This document shows, in pieces, positions 24,856-37,335 of a stretch of DNA of 64,000 nt (positions within the stretch are counted from its first letter, which is position 1; each line of letters begins with the position of its first letter). The notes below the pieces were generated by a model. It saw nothing but the letters and a program-made list of their open reading frames with translations, ran no database searches and had not been told where the DNA came from. The translations under genes were made by a program, and so were the position numbers. Source of the DNA: Pseudovirgaria hyperparasitica (taxonomy: Eukaryota); the NCBI GenBank assembly GCA_010093815.1, contig ML996566.1, one strand, 5' to 3'.

Positions 24856-27690
24856 ATATACCATCCCTGCACCTTGGTCCGATGGTTTCCACCGCTGTTG
24901 AATAAAGGCCCTTTTACAAAAATCTTCTAAGTGTACAAATCTCCTTCATACTATAGAGCATTGCGGCTTTGTTTTCGTCTCTTTCTTCGCGGCTTCTCCG
25001 TGATTGATGTCTCGCGGCTTCAACCCCAATGTCCATAATACCATGAAATATACCCATTCCGTTCAACAATCGCGAATGGTCTTGTCAATATCACCTGCGA
25101 AGTGTACTAATGTACCTTGATCTAACATAATCATTCCACACTATCTGTTCGCTTGGACACACAGTATACATCACGCTCATCGGACGCAAAGACATTAACC
25201 ACTTGTTATGGTACAGAGACACTATTGCCCATGCCCGAGGTCAACTTGCTATCACTCCCTATCGTTGCGCTCTTCGACTAAACTCCTTAAGCCTCCCAAG
25301 CTTTCCACGCTTTCTACGCTTTCTACTGAAAGTCCCGCCTCACTAAATTTTCCAATCCTCAATCGGAACCACGATTCGGTTTTCTACATCCATCACCATG
25401 AATAGTTCTATTCATGCATACATCGGACTTCCGGGTATCTCCACCGAACATGTCGTTGTCGTAGAGGAGTGCGACCATCCGTTTCGAATGTGTAGATTTT
25501 TTTGAGGACCGGGGTGGGATTGATGGCCGTGCTCGGACACCTAATGCACAGCGATTCATCCATAACACGCTATAGGGTACCTAATGGCAGCATCCCGCGA
25601 ATCCTACATACTACATCCTGCCGCACATTAGGTCTGGTCTGGGTATATTGGGTATGAGCGTGGGTATGAGCATTCGAAGCACGTGTTGTGTCGTCTCGTG
25701 TTGTGTGCAATGTACATGTACATTTTAATGTGCATGTCAATGTCGGTAGGTGTGTTGGTGTGCTAGGCGCATGGCATGCACGCGATCGGGAACGCTCCGC
25801 GTGCCGTCGGAGGGTTCTGGGCGATGCTATTGGATGGTGGCTTGAGGCGCGAGAGCGTGTGTTGGGTGAGGGGATAAGACTAGGGAGTGAGGGTGCAGAT
25901 GTTGGAGGGATTGTAACTTGTGGGTTGAAATGGGTAGGAGGGGAATTGGGAGATTGGTGGAGCGGAGGAGATGGAGGGCAGGAAATGTGGATAGCTGAGG
26001 GATGATGGTATAGCAGGGGATGAGGGTCACGGATTCGATTGATATGTGCGATTATGCAGTTGTATACTTGAGACTGCGTGAGATAGCGAGTACGCATGAA
26101 GGTAATTACCTGGCTTTCACTTCGTCCTCATCATATCGCATCCATCATCCTATCACAACCACGCAAGCGTTTACCTATATAAGACAAATGACTCCTACTA
26201 CGCATACACACGTAAGCAGACCGACCCGCTCTCCAGTTCACGAACCCGCACAGCGTATTAATACCGCCATCTGTGCTCAATCTTCTACCGTGTTTGCTAC
26301 CACGCGTATACATCGGAACCAATCTATTCCCACCCACACCGGCAAATGCAGTATACAGCGTGCCTCTTCATGTCCATGACGTCGCTGCATCCTCGAATTG
26401 CACCTGGCGTCGCACATGGCGCCAGCCCCATGCATTCCAAAACCTCGTTCTGTGCTATAGCCATGATCATCAATCCACGACTCGACGTCTAGTGTAACAG
26501 CAGTCTTGCACACACGCACACACCAGGTATCGAAGGACTTTACGTTTCAAGTGCGTCGATCCCAATGGAGATCCCAGGACGAGGCCGAAACTACCATGTG
26601 GATGTGATGTGGATATTTAGAGATGGTGGGCAAGGGTAAGGTGCCAAGAATAGCTTGTGCTTGTTGCTTGCTTCCAATGCTTGCTTGTGTCAAACAAAAC
26701 GATCGGGGCGCTATGTCGGCATTGCCCGTGCGAGCCGTGTTGTGCATGCGCATGGCTCAATTGGGTAATTGTCCTTGTTTTTGGAGACAAGGCGATCGCG
26801 ATGCAGAATTGGGTACTTTAAGCATTGCACGTGGGGCGGGTGGGGGCGAAGAGAAGGTCAGATCTACCGGGGTGACGTCATTTCAAGGTCGGATGAGTCT
26901 GTGTGGGTGTTTGTATCGTGAACCTTAGCGGACGGGTATCTGGTGGTTGTACAACTGTGCTTTATATAAGGCTGGAGCGTACAGAGTCGTACAGGGTGCT
27001 GTCGCAACTGTTTTTTTTTTACTTAAGCGATGTCATACTTTGCGTTGGCGGCGTCCCGATGGTGAAAGATATAACAATGTGACAACTTTCTTCACAGCGA
27101 TGTTGTTTAATGTCGTCAGTCACGTGTTACAGGCGTCAGATTTGATCTTTCTGTTCCGTACATCCGCTGATGGTCTCTTCTGAATATGTCCTATTTCCTA
27201 TTGTCAACATGAATAGGAGCTATATTCAACTTGCATTGAAGAGCGGGTCTAAACTAAGCTGGACGATTGCTATTGTGATAGCGATATATGCGGCAAGCCT
27301 GCTTCTCGTATCAATAGCAGGAACCTGAGATTGTTAACACTGTTCACTTCCATGTTCACCTATGTGATAGCTTTCTCGAGAGCTATTCTTCCGCCTCACT
27401 CCACTGAATATGACAGCACAATAGCAACTAATCCCTTCAGCGATTCACCCCCCGGCCACACATATTTAAGTCTTGCTCTCCAGATCATTCTCTTCGCGGC
27501 TTCAAATTTTCAATCACATTCGTCTTTTGTACGCACGCCGTACTCTCAACTCTTTCGCATACGTTCAACTTTCGAGTTTCGCTTCAGCATTTCGTCGAAT
27601 AGTGACAGGTCACATCAACATCAGTGCTGCATCAAAGCGAGCATCAGATTTCAACTCACTTTACAGAAGCCATCTCGCAGCCACGACTAA

Positions 27691-28420
27691 ATGGCAAAGC
27701 GCAAGGCAAACACTTCGAAAGGTGCGGATCGAGCACCCAAAAGAGCAAGGATCGCGGATACTCCGGAGATATTCGAGGATTCTATCATCGAAAAAAGCGC
27801 TGAAGAAAAGTGGAAGTCTGCGAAGTCAGAGGTACGATGAGCTTTCGGCCTGTTAGTAGGTGTATGTTGCTGACTCTCGAGTGTAGTGGAAAGTAGAGCG
27901 CAGACGCCTCGCAGCTAAAGCAAGGAAACCAAAAACCGGATCTGTAGACCCTCCACCACAGACTGCCAATCCCGATACTTCTTCATGTGACCCTACGACA
28001 GAGTCGGGCTCGCAAACGCAAGCCGCTGTCGACTCACCGATGCAAAACAAGACATATGATGGTCATTCGGCTGACGATTCGACCGTGCCGCTCCATTCCG
28101 AAAAACTTGACGAATTGGATGAACGTCTTTGGAGCCTGCACGAAACTGCACACAAAGCCACCCACGAAGGGTTGATCCAGCTCATCAGTAGCGTGAAGCA
28201 GATGGGCGAAATCATACGAGCCCGAGATGCGGAACTAGCATTACAAAGCGAGAAGATCGAGGAGCTGGAGGCAGAGCTTGCGGACTTTCGCGCGAAGAAA
28301 GCCCGTCGCGTCCACTTTGAGCCACCGGTGAGCGATGCGAGTGAAGGAGATGAAGACGCCGACGGGGAAGAGGGCGAAGAGGACGATGGATCGAGTGACG
28401 GAGCAAGCGAAGCTTCATGA
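27691..28420 (+). CDS. Hypothetical protein: basic NLS-like N-terminus, coiled coil, acidic tail (2 exons)
   Basis: MAKRKANTSKGADRAPKRARI...KSE, then intron 27832-27886 (GTACGA..GCTGAC..TAG), then WKVERRRLAAK... continuing in frame into ORF 28040-28420. Confidence 0.65.
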
Positions 28421-31400
28421 GCGGAGATTGACGAAGCGAGTAAGTCTATCGAAGGACATGGTGAATCGAGCAGAGTATGACTGGGAAGAATGAGCACTCA
28501 GACGGATGTTCAGAGTTTTCAAAGCCGTCAGTCAGATTTTGACGCGTGAGCCCTCGACTCTTCCAGTACGGGCCGGATGTTACGCATATCGGGAGTATAT
28601 GCTAGAGGGATTGGGATGACTGTGTATACCAGCGATGCTATCAGCTGTTATACGAGCGGACTTGGTTTGATGTAACATTGCGGTCTTCTCAGATACGAGC
28701 TTTGGCAGAGGAGATCATGGCAGTACGCGTCGGACGCTGGCCGTCGTCGCATAGCAATCAATCTGTATGATAGTTGCTTTCATCATGAGTTTAAGAAAAT
28801 ACTCGTTGGTTGCTCAACCTTTTCTCCGGCTTAGAATAGTGATGTCTTTCACGTTGTGCGTGAGTGTGCACGAGCCTGTACAGATACTGAATTCTTGACA
28901 CCTCAGGCATCCATGGAACTCACTAGCCCCTTTAGTATTAACTTCGTTCAAAGTCTTCTGCTTCTCATGGATGAACAATAGCACAGAGCCCATGATATGA
29001 TATTTGACTGTTTATATACAGTAAGTAGCTGCCAGTTCTCCTGGCCACCATACGCCAATCATGCAGCACAATAACACCACGGCAAAATGTGAGGCTGAGC
29101 TGAAGTTGCGATGAGTGCACTCTACCACCGCTCCAAAATTTCATCCTGTAACAGATCTTCTTTGCGTATGTGGATTGCAAATAGGTCTTGTCAGCGTGCC
29201 CGTCAGTATCAATGATATCGTGACACTCGGTTACAAGACTGTCATTTTGCTCCACGATGTCTTGTCAGAGATCAGCTCTACTGCTACCAAGATTCGACCG
29301 TATGCTGGAAAAGTCGGATCGTTCCGTGAATCATCGGACCGTATCGAGGAAGAGATATCGAAGCCGGTCAAGTGTTCTGCACGCATATAAAGTCTCATCG
29401 GCGATATGTTCGATATGTTCGATACGAGACTTGAGCCTCTTCGACAGCCTTAGCGCCCGATCGGACCCTCTGTCAAAGCATGGCAAGGTCGCAGAGCCGG
29501 CATGGGAAAGGTAAGGCTATTGGCATGGGACTTCACTGGGTCTTTAACAGCAAAGAGCCGTTTATGTTCTACATGAATGCCTTGAAAGATCATCATCAAG
29601 TCCTTGATATTTCCATCGCCATGAAGATCCTAGGAGGCAGCCAGACTTACGACCGTGAAGGACTTGGGTGGGTAGCCTTTGAGTATGGTATCGGGGTAGC
29701 CTTCTAAAGTGTTTTGCAGACATGTCAGACTAGATCTTCAGACATCACTTCAGTATGTTAGGGGCATACTGTAGCACTCCACAGTCAATTCCGATTTTCA
29801 AGTAGACTGGAACCCTTCGTCAAGGCGGGCAAAAACTTATTTGGTAATCTAAATGATCTTCTTTGGGTAACTCACACAAGCAAAGCAAGCAAATCGTCCA
29901 TGAGCAGAATAATCGCAATTCTGTCTCCACAGCTCTAACACTGTTGTCGGCTGCTCCAGAGTCCGACCAAGACTGCAACGTAGCAGACACTGAGATGACC
30001 GACCAGAATCCTGTGCGCTATCTGGATTTTGACTTGAACAAGAATCAAATGTGTCTTCAGGAGTATCTTCGAGGCTTGTATCGCAAGTCACTTAGGATTG
30101 GTTCTGTCGCCTTGAGTGACAGCGCAAAATTCCCTCGGACTGTTTCAACTTGAAAGCAAATCAACTACTAGCTTGATGACCCTTCAAGCCTGAGCCGACC
30201 TCAGTCATGAATGGCTGCTCAGTCTGGAGCTGGCCCCAGAAACGATGCAATGCCGAGGGCTGTTTACAAAAAAGACAATGACAGCTCAATTAGTAATTCG
30301 GAATATCCAAAAGCAAGTAGCAGGCGAAATTCTCCAAGGGCACAAACCTCAAGTCCGCACACCGCACGCGGCGTCTGTTGTATTCAACGAGCCGTCCGTA
30401 GGTAGACTCAGAGGCCTTGTAAGGGCTCATGTCGACCAACGGAAGGCAATGTGAGCCGATTATTGTAGCCAATTTACCACTCGCGATACCTAACAATTGA
30501 TAGAGGGACGAGGTGCCGAAGAAGCAGCTGGTACCAGCCCGCCTGTCAGACTAGAGGATCGTGTTGGCAGGAAACATGCCTCTCTATGACATGTCTACAA
30601 AGAACGTCAGGCCTCCCTGTATTGTGCCCGTTTTCAGAGCGTTGGTATTACGATATCGTGGATGACAACCACGGAATCATTATCATATCACGGTGGGAGT
30701 AGTCCATCAACCTAGGCTCTTTGCTTGCCCTGTGTATGTACTGTACGAGCTAGGTGTCGAACGGGACGACGTTGTGAGCTTTGTGGAAGGTCGTAGAGGT
30801 ACTGGAGGAGGCGGACGCTGCTGAGAGAGGACAACGGGTGGGTTCGAGAGGGCGAGAGAGCAGACGAAGACTGAAACCCTAGAGCTAGAGCTAAGGCCTC
30901 TCATGCCAATTCCTGACTCTGGAACTGATCAGCAGGTGTAACTTTGTGGACTCATACGCCTTCATTCTTCAGGTCCCGTCATATATAGAGCTAGGCAATA
31001 GCATCATATTGAGGCATTGACCGATTCTAGTAGACGCCGAACCGGCTTTACAGAGAAAAGCACGAATGTACATGCAAGTATGCAGGACCAAAGTCGCATG
31101 CTCAGCATAGATGGCACCAGAGTATCTTGCGCAAGCAAATTTCAAAGCAGAGCAGCTTGAAGTACCTGGTCAGAGACTCGAGTGAATGCTATATGCAGCA
31201 CCGCAGTCCTCTTACCTTGACCAGTTAAGACTCAAGTTTCTGTTGTTTGTGTTACTTTGTCGAGCCGTGTCACTTTAAGTTTACTGGAGGTTCGAAAATG
31301 ACCTGGCCTGTTTAAGAGGAACAGAAGTGAACAACAGTTACACAGTTTGTTGTGGTAGTTTAAGGCATCCCTGTAGCGACTAATAGCATTTCACTCATAC

Positions 31401-31568
31401 AACAAGGTGCACAGACATAATTAGAACAATAGCGCAGGCGAAAACGTTGATGTGCGCCAGTACAAGAGTGACTGTCACGTTCACGACCGTCCACTCTTTA
31501 CAAACTTCCACCAACACACCAACAGCAGCCATTTGAAACTGCAAGTTCTGCCGTGGACCAACGCCAGT

Positions 31569-32693
31569 ATGATCATCGACGGTGTGGAAGTCAGTATAGT
31601 GTCGGCCACTACTGGTCTGCCACTTCGCGAGTACCTTGCTCCAGATGATGCTAAAGGCGAGACCCAAAACGTACGCTACATTGAATCGATCGCTGGAGAG
31701 CAGTTTTCTATCATATACAAGTTGCATCCCGAGTTTAAACGCCTAGGTTGTTCCTTAGTAAGCCTTTATAGGGATGCCTGGAAAACATATCGCCCAATCC
31801 CAAAGGTAATTAATTCACCAATCGAGTTGTGTAAATGGACTACAGGCTTGAATTACCTTGACGGCAAATGGTACGAGGGTCAACTCGCTTTTAGCGACTA
31901 CGAGCTACGTAAGTGTGTAACAAGAATGCAATTTCAATCAAACTGACGGATTATTAGAGGACGAATCGACTGAAGATGACCAGTCTATAGAGCCCGGCGT
32001 GATGAAGCTCAAAGTAGTAACGCGTGTGCAAGTGTCAAGAACTAGGATGGGAGCCTCATAACCGCAAAAATGCTAGGCTTGTAGTGAACGAAAAGACAAC
32101 CATAAAGCAAGTAAAGAAGGATGGCGTTAGCCACCTTGTCAAGTGAGTTGTGACGTTAACATCAAATAGAAATTTAGGCTAATGCGCTGTCAGGCCTGTG
32201 CTCACAGCTCATTCTCTACAAAACCCGAAAGATGATGGCACTATGCATTATAGAGATATCAAGAAAGGCAATCCTATCGAGTTCACATATATCTATCGTC
32301 CCAAGAGTACGTCTACTAGACTTCACCCACAAAAGCCTTATTCATATACTAACAAAAACAGATGTTCTTTGCAAGCTTGGAATCTGTCCCCCTGAGCCAG
32401 TCATCACTGTTACGGAAGCAGTCGACCTTACTCATCTCAGCAATGATGAAGACACCGCCAATCTTGTTGATCTATCTCGCATTGGTCATGATAGTGATAC
32501 CGGCAGAATGCAGCGATCTTCGATGCACGTGAACGGAAGATCCCTCAAGCGCGAACGTACAGAAGATTCTGCAGAAGATCTGCATGCCGAACTGGCAAGA
32601 CTTGAAGCGCGCCGGACAGAGCTCAAGGCTCAGCTCAATAGCAGAGGAAGAACTTCCATGAGTGTGTCTGTCAAGCGAGAGGCAGAGTTTTGA
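31569..32693 (+). pseudogene. Conserved-type fungal hypothetical gene (DUF7918-like) with a frameshift/stop in exon 2
   Basis: Exon 1 is MIIDGVEVSIVS..PLREY..RYIESIAGEQFSI; later exons give EFTYIYRPK|NVLCKLGICP. Intron 1 is 31909-31957 and intron 2 starts at 32143. Exon 2 hits TAA at 32059 while the KKDGVSHLVK segment lies in the +1 frame. Confidence 0.6.
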
Positions 32694-35186
32694 GATGTCG
32701 ACCTGACCTGATACGCCTCAAGGCCTCAACTCTACTTGGCTGCGTCTTCCGGCAATCTATGGCGACTCAGAATGCACTGACGTCTGTATCACATCAAAAG
32801 TCCCTCATGATTCTATCTCATGATTCACTTCACATAAGGATCTTAGATTGTCCCTTGTCGCTATACTGCCCCCATCGAACGCTAAGTTCTGCTCATGTCG
32901 TTCTCCATCTGTCTGCTAACGGATGTTTACACATGTTCTGGAGGAAAGTCACTCTAAGCGCTTGGTTATCATATGAGGGTTGGCATCATTCGAATATTGG
33001 TCACACATGTAGTGAACCATTGATCTGGAGCTTGTATCACTATTAAATTTGGTATAGACACATTATCAAGCTCCCTTCAATTCACACTAATTCTATTTTC
33101 TTATGAGCACTCTCGAAGCTGAATTGCTAGATTCACTCTCACACATAGATGCGCACATCAAAGTAAATACAGGTTTTGTATAACGCCAGACAATACCATG
33201 GTGGCAAAACACGGAAGTAAGCTACTAGCTGCTTTATTACTTTTAGAACTTTGACGACTGGTGGTGATATGTGACGGAGCCAACCATCATCTCCACCCGT
33301 AAATTCTGCTAGCCATATGAGAAGATAGCTATGAGTATCGAAGGTATGATGTCTCCTACCTCCCACTGTGCCTGGAATGCTTTAGGTGTGATACTTGCAA
33401 TTCATGAGTGATGGATATTGTACGACAAAAATTGAGATCATGTGGCAGCGATTGTGAGAGACTTTGATTCATGGCTACTTTCTCGACAACTTGGATGATA
33501 CATATGACGAGTGATATGGCTTGAAGATTGAATGTGGCCATGTTGGCACTAAGGATTCACCTAGACGAAGCGGATGCGGTTTTCGACATAAGAGCAAGAC
33601 TCGAGTAGGTGCTATGAGCCTGAATCCCACGTCCCACGATATTCAAGGAGTAATCTTGTGGATAGGTACAAGTGTACGGAGCAGCGCGAGGACACTAATG
33701 TCGTCATTCGTTTACCGTAGATCACAGACTCATGTCTGATGTCCAATACGACGCCGTTTGAGGCACCTCTTATGTACATCTTCTCCCATCGAGCTCTGCT
33801 CATCAAGGCGCAGCTTGGATTATGACCTCTCGAGATGGACAAATCATCTTAGTGTGTCCTGTGACAATGTCATGGGGTTCATTAAACGACATGGAAAGAC
33901 TTCAACGACATGAGGCGACTGGTATCGGCTCCACATATTGTAGAGATGCTCACTCGCTACCATGCGCACGGTATGGTTTACGTTACTGACATGCTTGGGA
34001 TCTTCTACTAAGTGCTCACATGCAGGTCCGAGAACAAGCCGGTTGCGACATTTATGTAATTACAGGGATGCATTTGGTTCAGGTCGGTGAGCAGTGGATC
34101 ATCAAGTTGCCAATGATCCTGGCCTTTGAAGCGATACACGGGTCAACATGAATGTTTTATAATTTGACCGAAGTCAAGTGATGGACCCTCTATACGGCGG
34201 AACTTCGCGGAAGGAGTCAATATACACCGTTTTCTCGAAAAGGTTCTTCCTCACACTTTCACGACGCACTTCATGGTAGGCAGGAGAGTCAGGATGCATG
34301 ATGGCTTTACAGTACAATGCTCCTACGCGCCATTTGTACTCATTTTGAAGATGATTGGGCGTAGACCGGGAAATGGGCTTTGAGATGAGGTGAGCATAAC
34401 GTCAGCTCAACTCGGGACTTACGAGGACAAGAGCCCATTCTACTGGGCACCATGATCGTTTGGTGTATCCAAATGACTATGTTGGTATCAGAGCCGGTAG
34501 TCATCGTTTAGATCCCTGTTTTAAGACTGTAGGATTCGGGCCAATTCGTTGTCAGTTCCGGGTGGTCGGTTTTTGAGCCGCATACCGACTGTCTCAAATT
34601 CAAGGACCTGTTGAGCCAAGCTGTCGATTATACATTGCTATGAGCTCCTCTAGTATATACTGTTATCAAAAGTTGGGAATCTTCGGAGCAATACGCAGCA
34701 ACTCTCTAAGAGAGCAATTTCGCCCTAGGACAGTGTGCATCATGCTGCGAAGCCGCTTCGTATCGAAATACTCTCAAATCCCTCATTTGACCAACAATTG
34801 GCGATTTTAGACACGGAATATGCATTACGCTCTCGCCGTCTGGTACCAAACCAATGATCGTAGACGTCCAGCGAAAGGAACAAGGAATGTGACCAACCTA
34901 GATACAGTCATCTCAACGATTCAGCCTCTTCTATGGTTCCAAGAGACGGAATAGCCAAGACGCGCATTCCGCTCTCAGGCCCGCCTGAGCTGAAGTCTAG
35001 AAGGAATGATGGCTTGCGCAGATGCCATCTTGGCATCAAAACAGCATCTCAACAATTACACCTCATGTATAAAAGGCTCTGCGAATACTGTACTCGAGAA
35101 CACACAGCCCAGCATTCATCTGTCATAACTCACTTTCTTACCACTACATCACTATCGGTCAACTCACCCTTTCGGACATAAACGCC

Positions 35187-35698
35187 ATGAAATACACACT
35201 CCTCGCCTCGGCACTCTTCGCTCTTGCGACCGCTGTCCCCTCCAACTTTGCTAGAGACAGCACCTGCGACTGCGGCCCAGCACCTATCTGTATTCAGAGC
35301 TGGCCCGAGTCATGCTACTGCCAAAACGACTATCTGCGCAAGTGCTATGAGATGTGCGGCGGCGCCCAGCCAACGTAAGCAAGCGCTGCTCCCACATATT
35401 GAACAGCTTCGCCCGTACGTTCCTGGGGCAAAGGCTAACATTGGACAGATATGGCGACTGTAGCGCCGTAGCTAAGAAAAGGCAAGAGACACTACCGTTT
35501 AGCTGTGCCAATGTGCGGTGTCGCGAGGGCTTTGTGTGTGTGGGCGCAGGAATCTGTGTGCTGGACACGCCGTGCGGCGGCTTTGCCGGGACACCGTGTG
35601 CTGACAAGCAAACGTGTGTAGATGACCCGCGCGACGATTGTGATCCGCAGATGGGCGGCAGTGATTGTATTGGACTCTGCTTGCCGTATCAGGGCTGA
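35187..35698 (+). CDS. Small secreted cysteine-rich protein (145 aa, 18 Cys), 2 exons
   Basis: Signal peptide MKYTLLASALFALATA; intron 35375-35448; internal KKR site; C-terminal CGGFAG..C..CVDDPRDDCDP..GGSDCIGLC module. A TATAAAA box lies about 120 bp upstream. Confidence 0.88.
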
Positions 35699-36202
35699 TC
35701 AATACTATTTCTCATGAAGTTGGAGAGCTTTGGCCTTTTGATACTGATAGGGGATGGAAGTGGAGGTTCAGAATGTAGTCGAGATGAGAGTGGGTAGAAT
35801 TTGACATTCATCAAGTAGTTCTTGCAGGGTACCTTTAAAGATGTTATCGCCATGATACCTCGATATCTCTTTTCTGTCCGTATTTGGCCGTATGTGTAAC
35901 TTCAGCCCCATCTTCGAGGACTTGATCCATATTTACTGACCACAAAGCAGCACAACATGCTAATCAGGTGGGTCTGCTTCACCTTCTTGACACCATGTCG
36001 TATGAAAATAATATTATATGACGTATGCCTAGTACTCAGGAGTCAGAACCTCGCTATCCTTTACCCTGTATGTAAACAAACTACTTGTCGTCCGGACCAG
36101 AGGTACTCTTATATCTCGCTACACGCGGCGACGACCTTCCTTTATGCTAGTTCCGTTGCAAGCATTCTGTCTCTCCAAGCTTATATGTCTTAAAACTCTC
36201 CT

Positions 36203-36850
36203 TCACTCGCTCACCTCGATCTCAAAGCCGCTAAACTTCACCTCCAAACTCTCCAGCTTCCCTTCCTCCGCCCCAGGCTTCGGCTTACAGGTATAACAAC
36301 CCACACAAACATCCTTGCCCTCCTCATCCTCAAAAACCCACGTCAATTCCCTGACCGCAACCCTCTCTCCTCCTGGACCCACTCTATAAACCCACAAATT
36401 GCTCCCCTTGCGCTCCATCTCAACCGTAATCTCGCGCTCACCACAGGGCGCTAGACTCCAGTCTGAAAAGGGGTTTGCGGCAACGACGGAGTGGAAGGTG
36501 GAAGACTCGTAGAATTCTATACCGGACTTTATCCATGAGGGGTAGGGTGCAGATGCTGATGCGGGTGTGAATGGGGCATGTCGGTTCGCGGTGGTCGGGA
36601 GAAGGAAGATCAATCCTCCTTGGTCGTACAGAGTGCGCCAGGTTGCGGAGACGGTAACGCGGGCACGTTTGAATTTGGAGAGCGGGACTGTGGTTGCGAG
36701 GATGGGACCGTTGAAAATGTCGCGTGAGGGAGGCGTGCGGTAGAGATCGGTTGGGTTGGTTGTGGTAAGGGTGAATGACGATGTGAGTGGGTTGAATTGA
36801 GGAGACTGTGTGGCGAGAGGATGATTAATGTATCTGAACTGAAGAAGCAT
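36203..36850 (-). CDS. DUF1349 (Ree1-like, concanavalin-fold) protein
   Basis: TDLYRTPP, YDQGGLI, WIKSGIEF, SDWSL and VRELTWVF motifs. Confidence 0.85.
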   Translation of the reverse strand: MLLQFRYINHPLATQSPQFNPLTSSFTLTTTNPTDLYRTPPSRDIFNGPILATTVPLSKFKRARVTVSATWRTLYDQGGLIFLLPTTANRHAPFTPASASAPYPSWIKSGIEFYESSTFHSVVAANPFSDWSLAPCGEREITVEMERKGSNLWVYRVGPGGERVAVRELTWVFEDEEGKDVCVGCYTCKPKPGAEEGKLESLEVKFSGFEIEVSE

Positions 36851-37335
36851 TGTGGCCTGGTTGTATGGCGGCTGAAGGTAGTTGGGTAGTGTAATTTGGA
36901 TATTTACAGATGAAATCAGTGTGAAGAAGTGCTGGCCACAGGGAAGCGTGCGAGTACGAAGTTGAAATGTTTGGCTTGAGGATCTTAGATGTAAAGAAAA
37001 GATTTTATATTCTTATAATCTTGTACCAGGCCCCACCCTATGAGTAATATCACAAAGCTTGATGCAGTGGACCCTTGTGGAGCTGGGGTTATTACCGCAT
37101 TTGGTAATTCTTGCCACTCGTATAACAGAAGACAGGGTTTCTCGAATAAAAGTCGCCTTAACTTTGGAGTCATGTAGAACCGAAGCTAGAAGAAGATATT
37201 GCAATATACTCTCCGTACTGCGTAGTATGCTATCTTACTACGTCTTAGACCAACGTGAGTCTACATTTTTCGAGCCAAAAGGGATCATGACAGTGCTTGC
37301 GCTATCCTTAGATCATCTCGGAGCTTTAGATCTGC

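Noticed and set aside
25570..26097. 175-aa minus-strand ORF and overlapping ORFs
   Set aside because: P/S/H/T low-complexity product of strand-skewed intergenic DNA, with no motif and no convincing gene model.
26104..26116. ATTACCTGGC resembling the U1 snRNA 5' end
   Set aside because: Mismatch to ATACTTACCTGG, and no U1 stem-loops or Sm site follow.
33520..34460. Possible gene relic with an intron-like GTATGG…GCTCAC…CAG segment
   Set aside because: Frames are short and unrecognisable; cannot be supported without a homology search.
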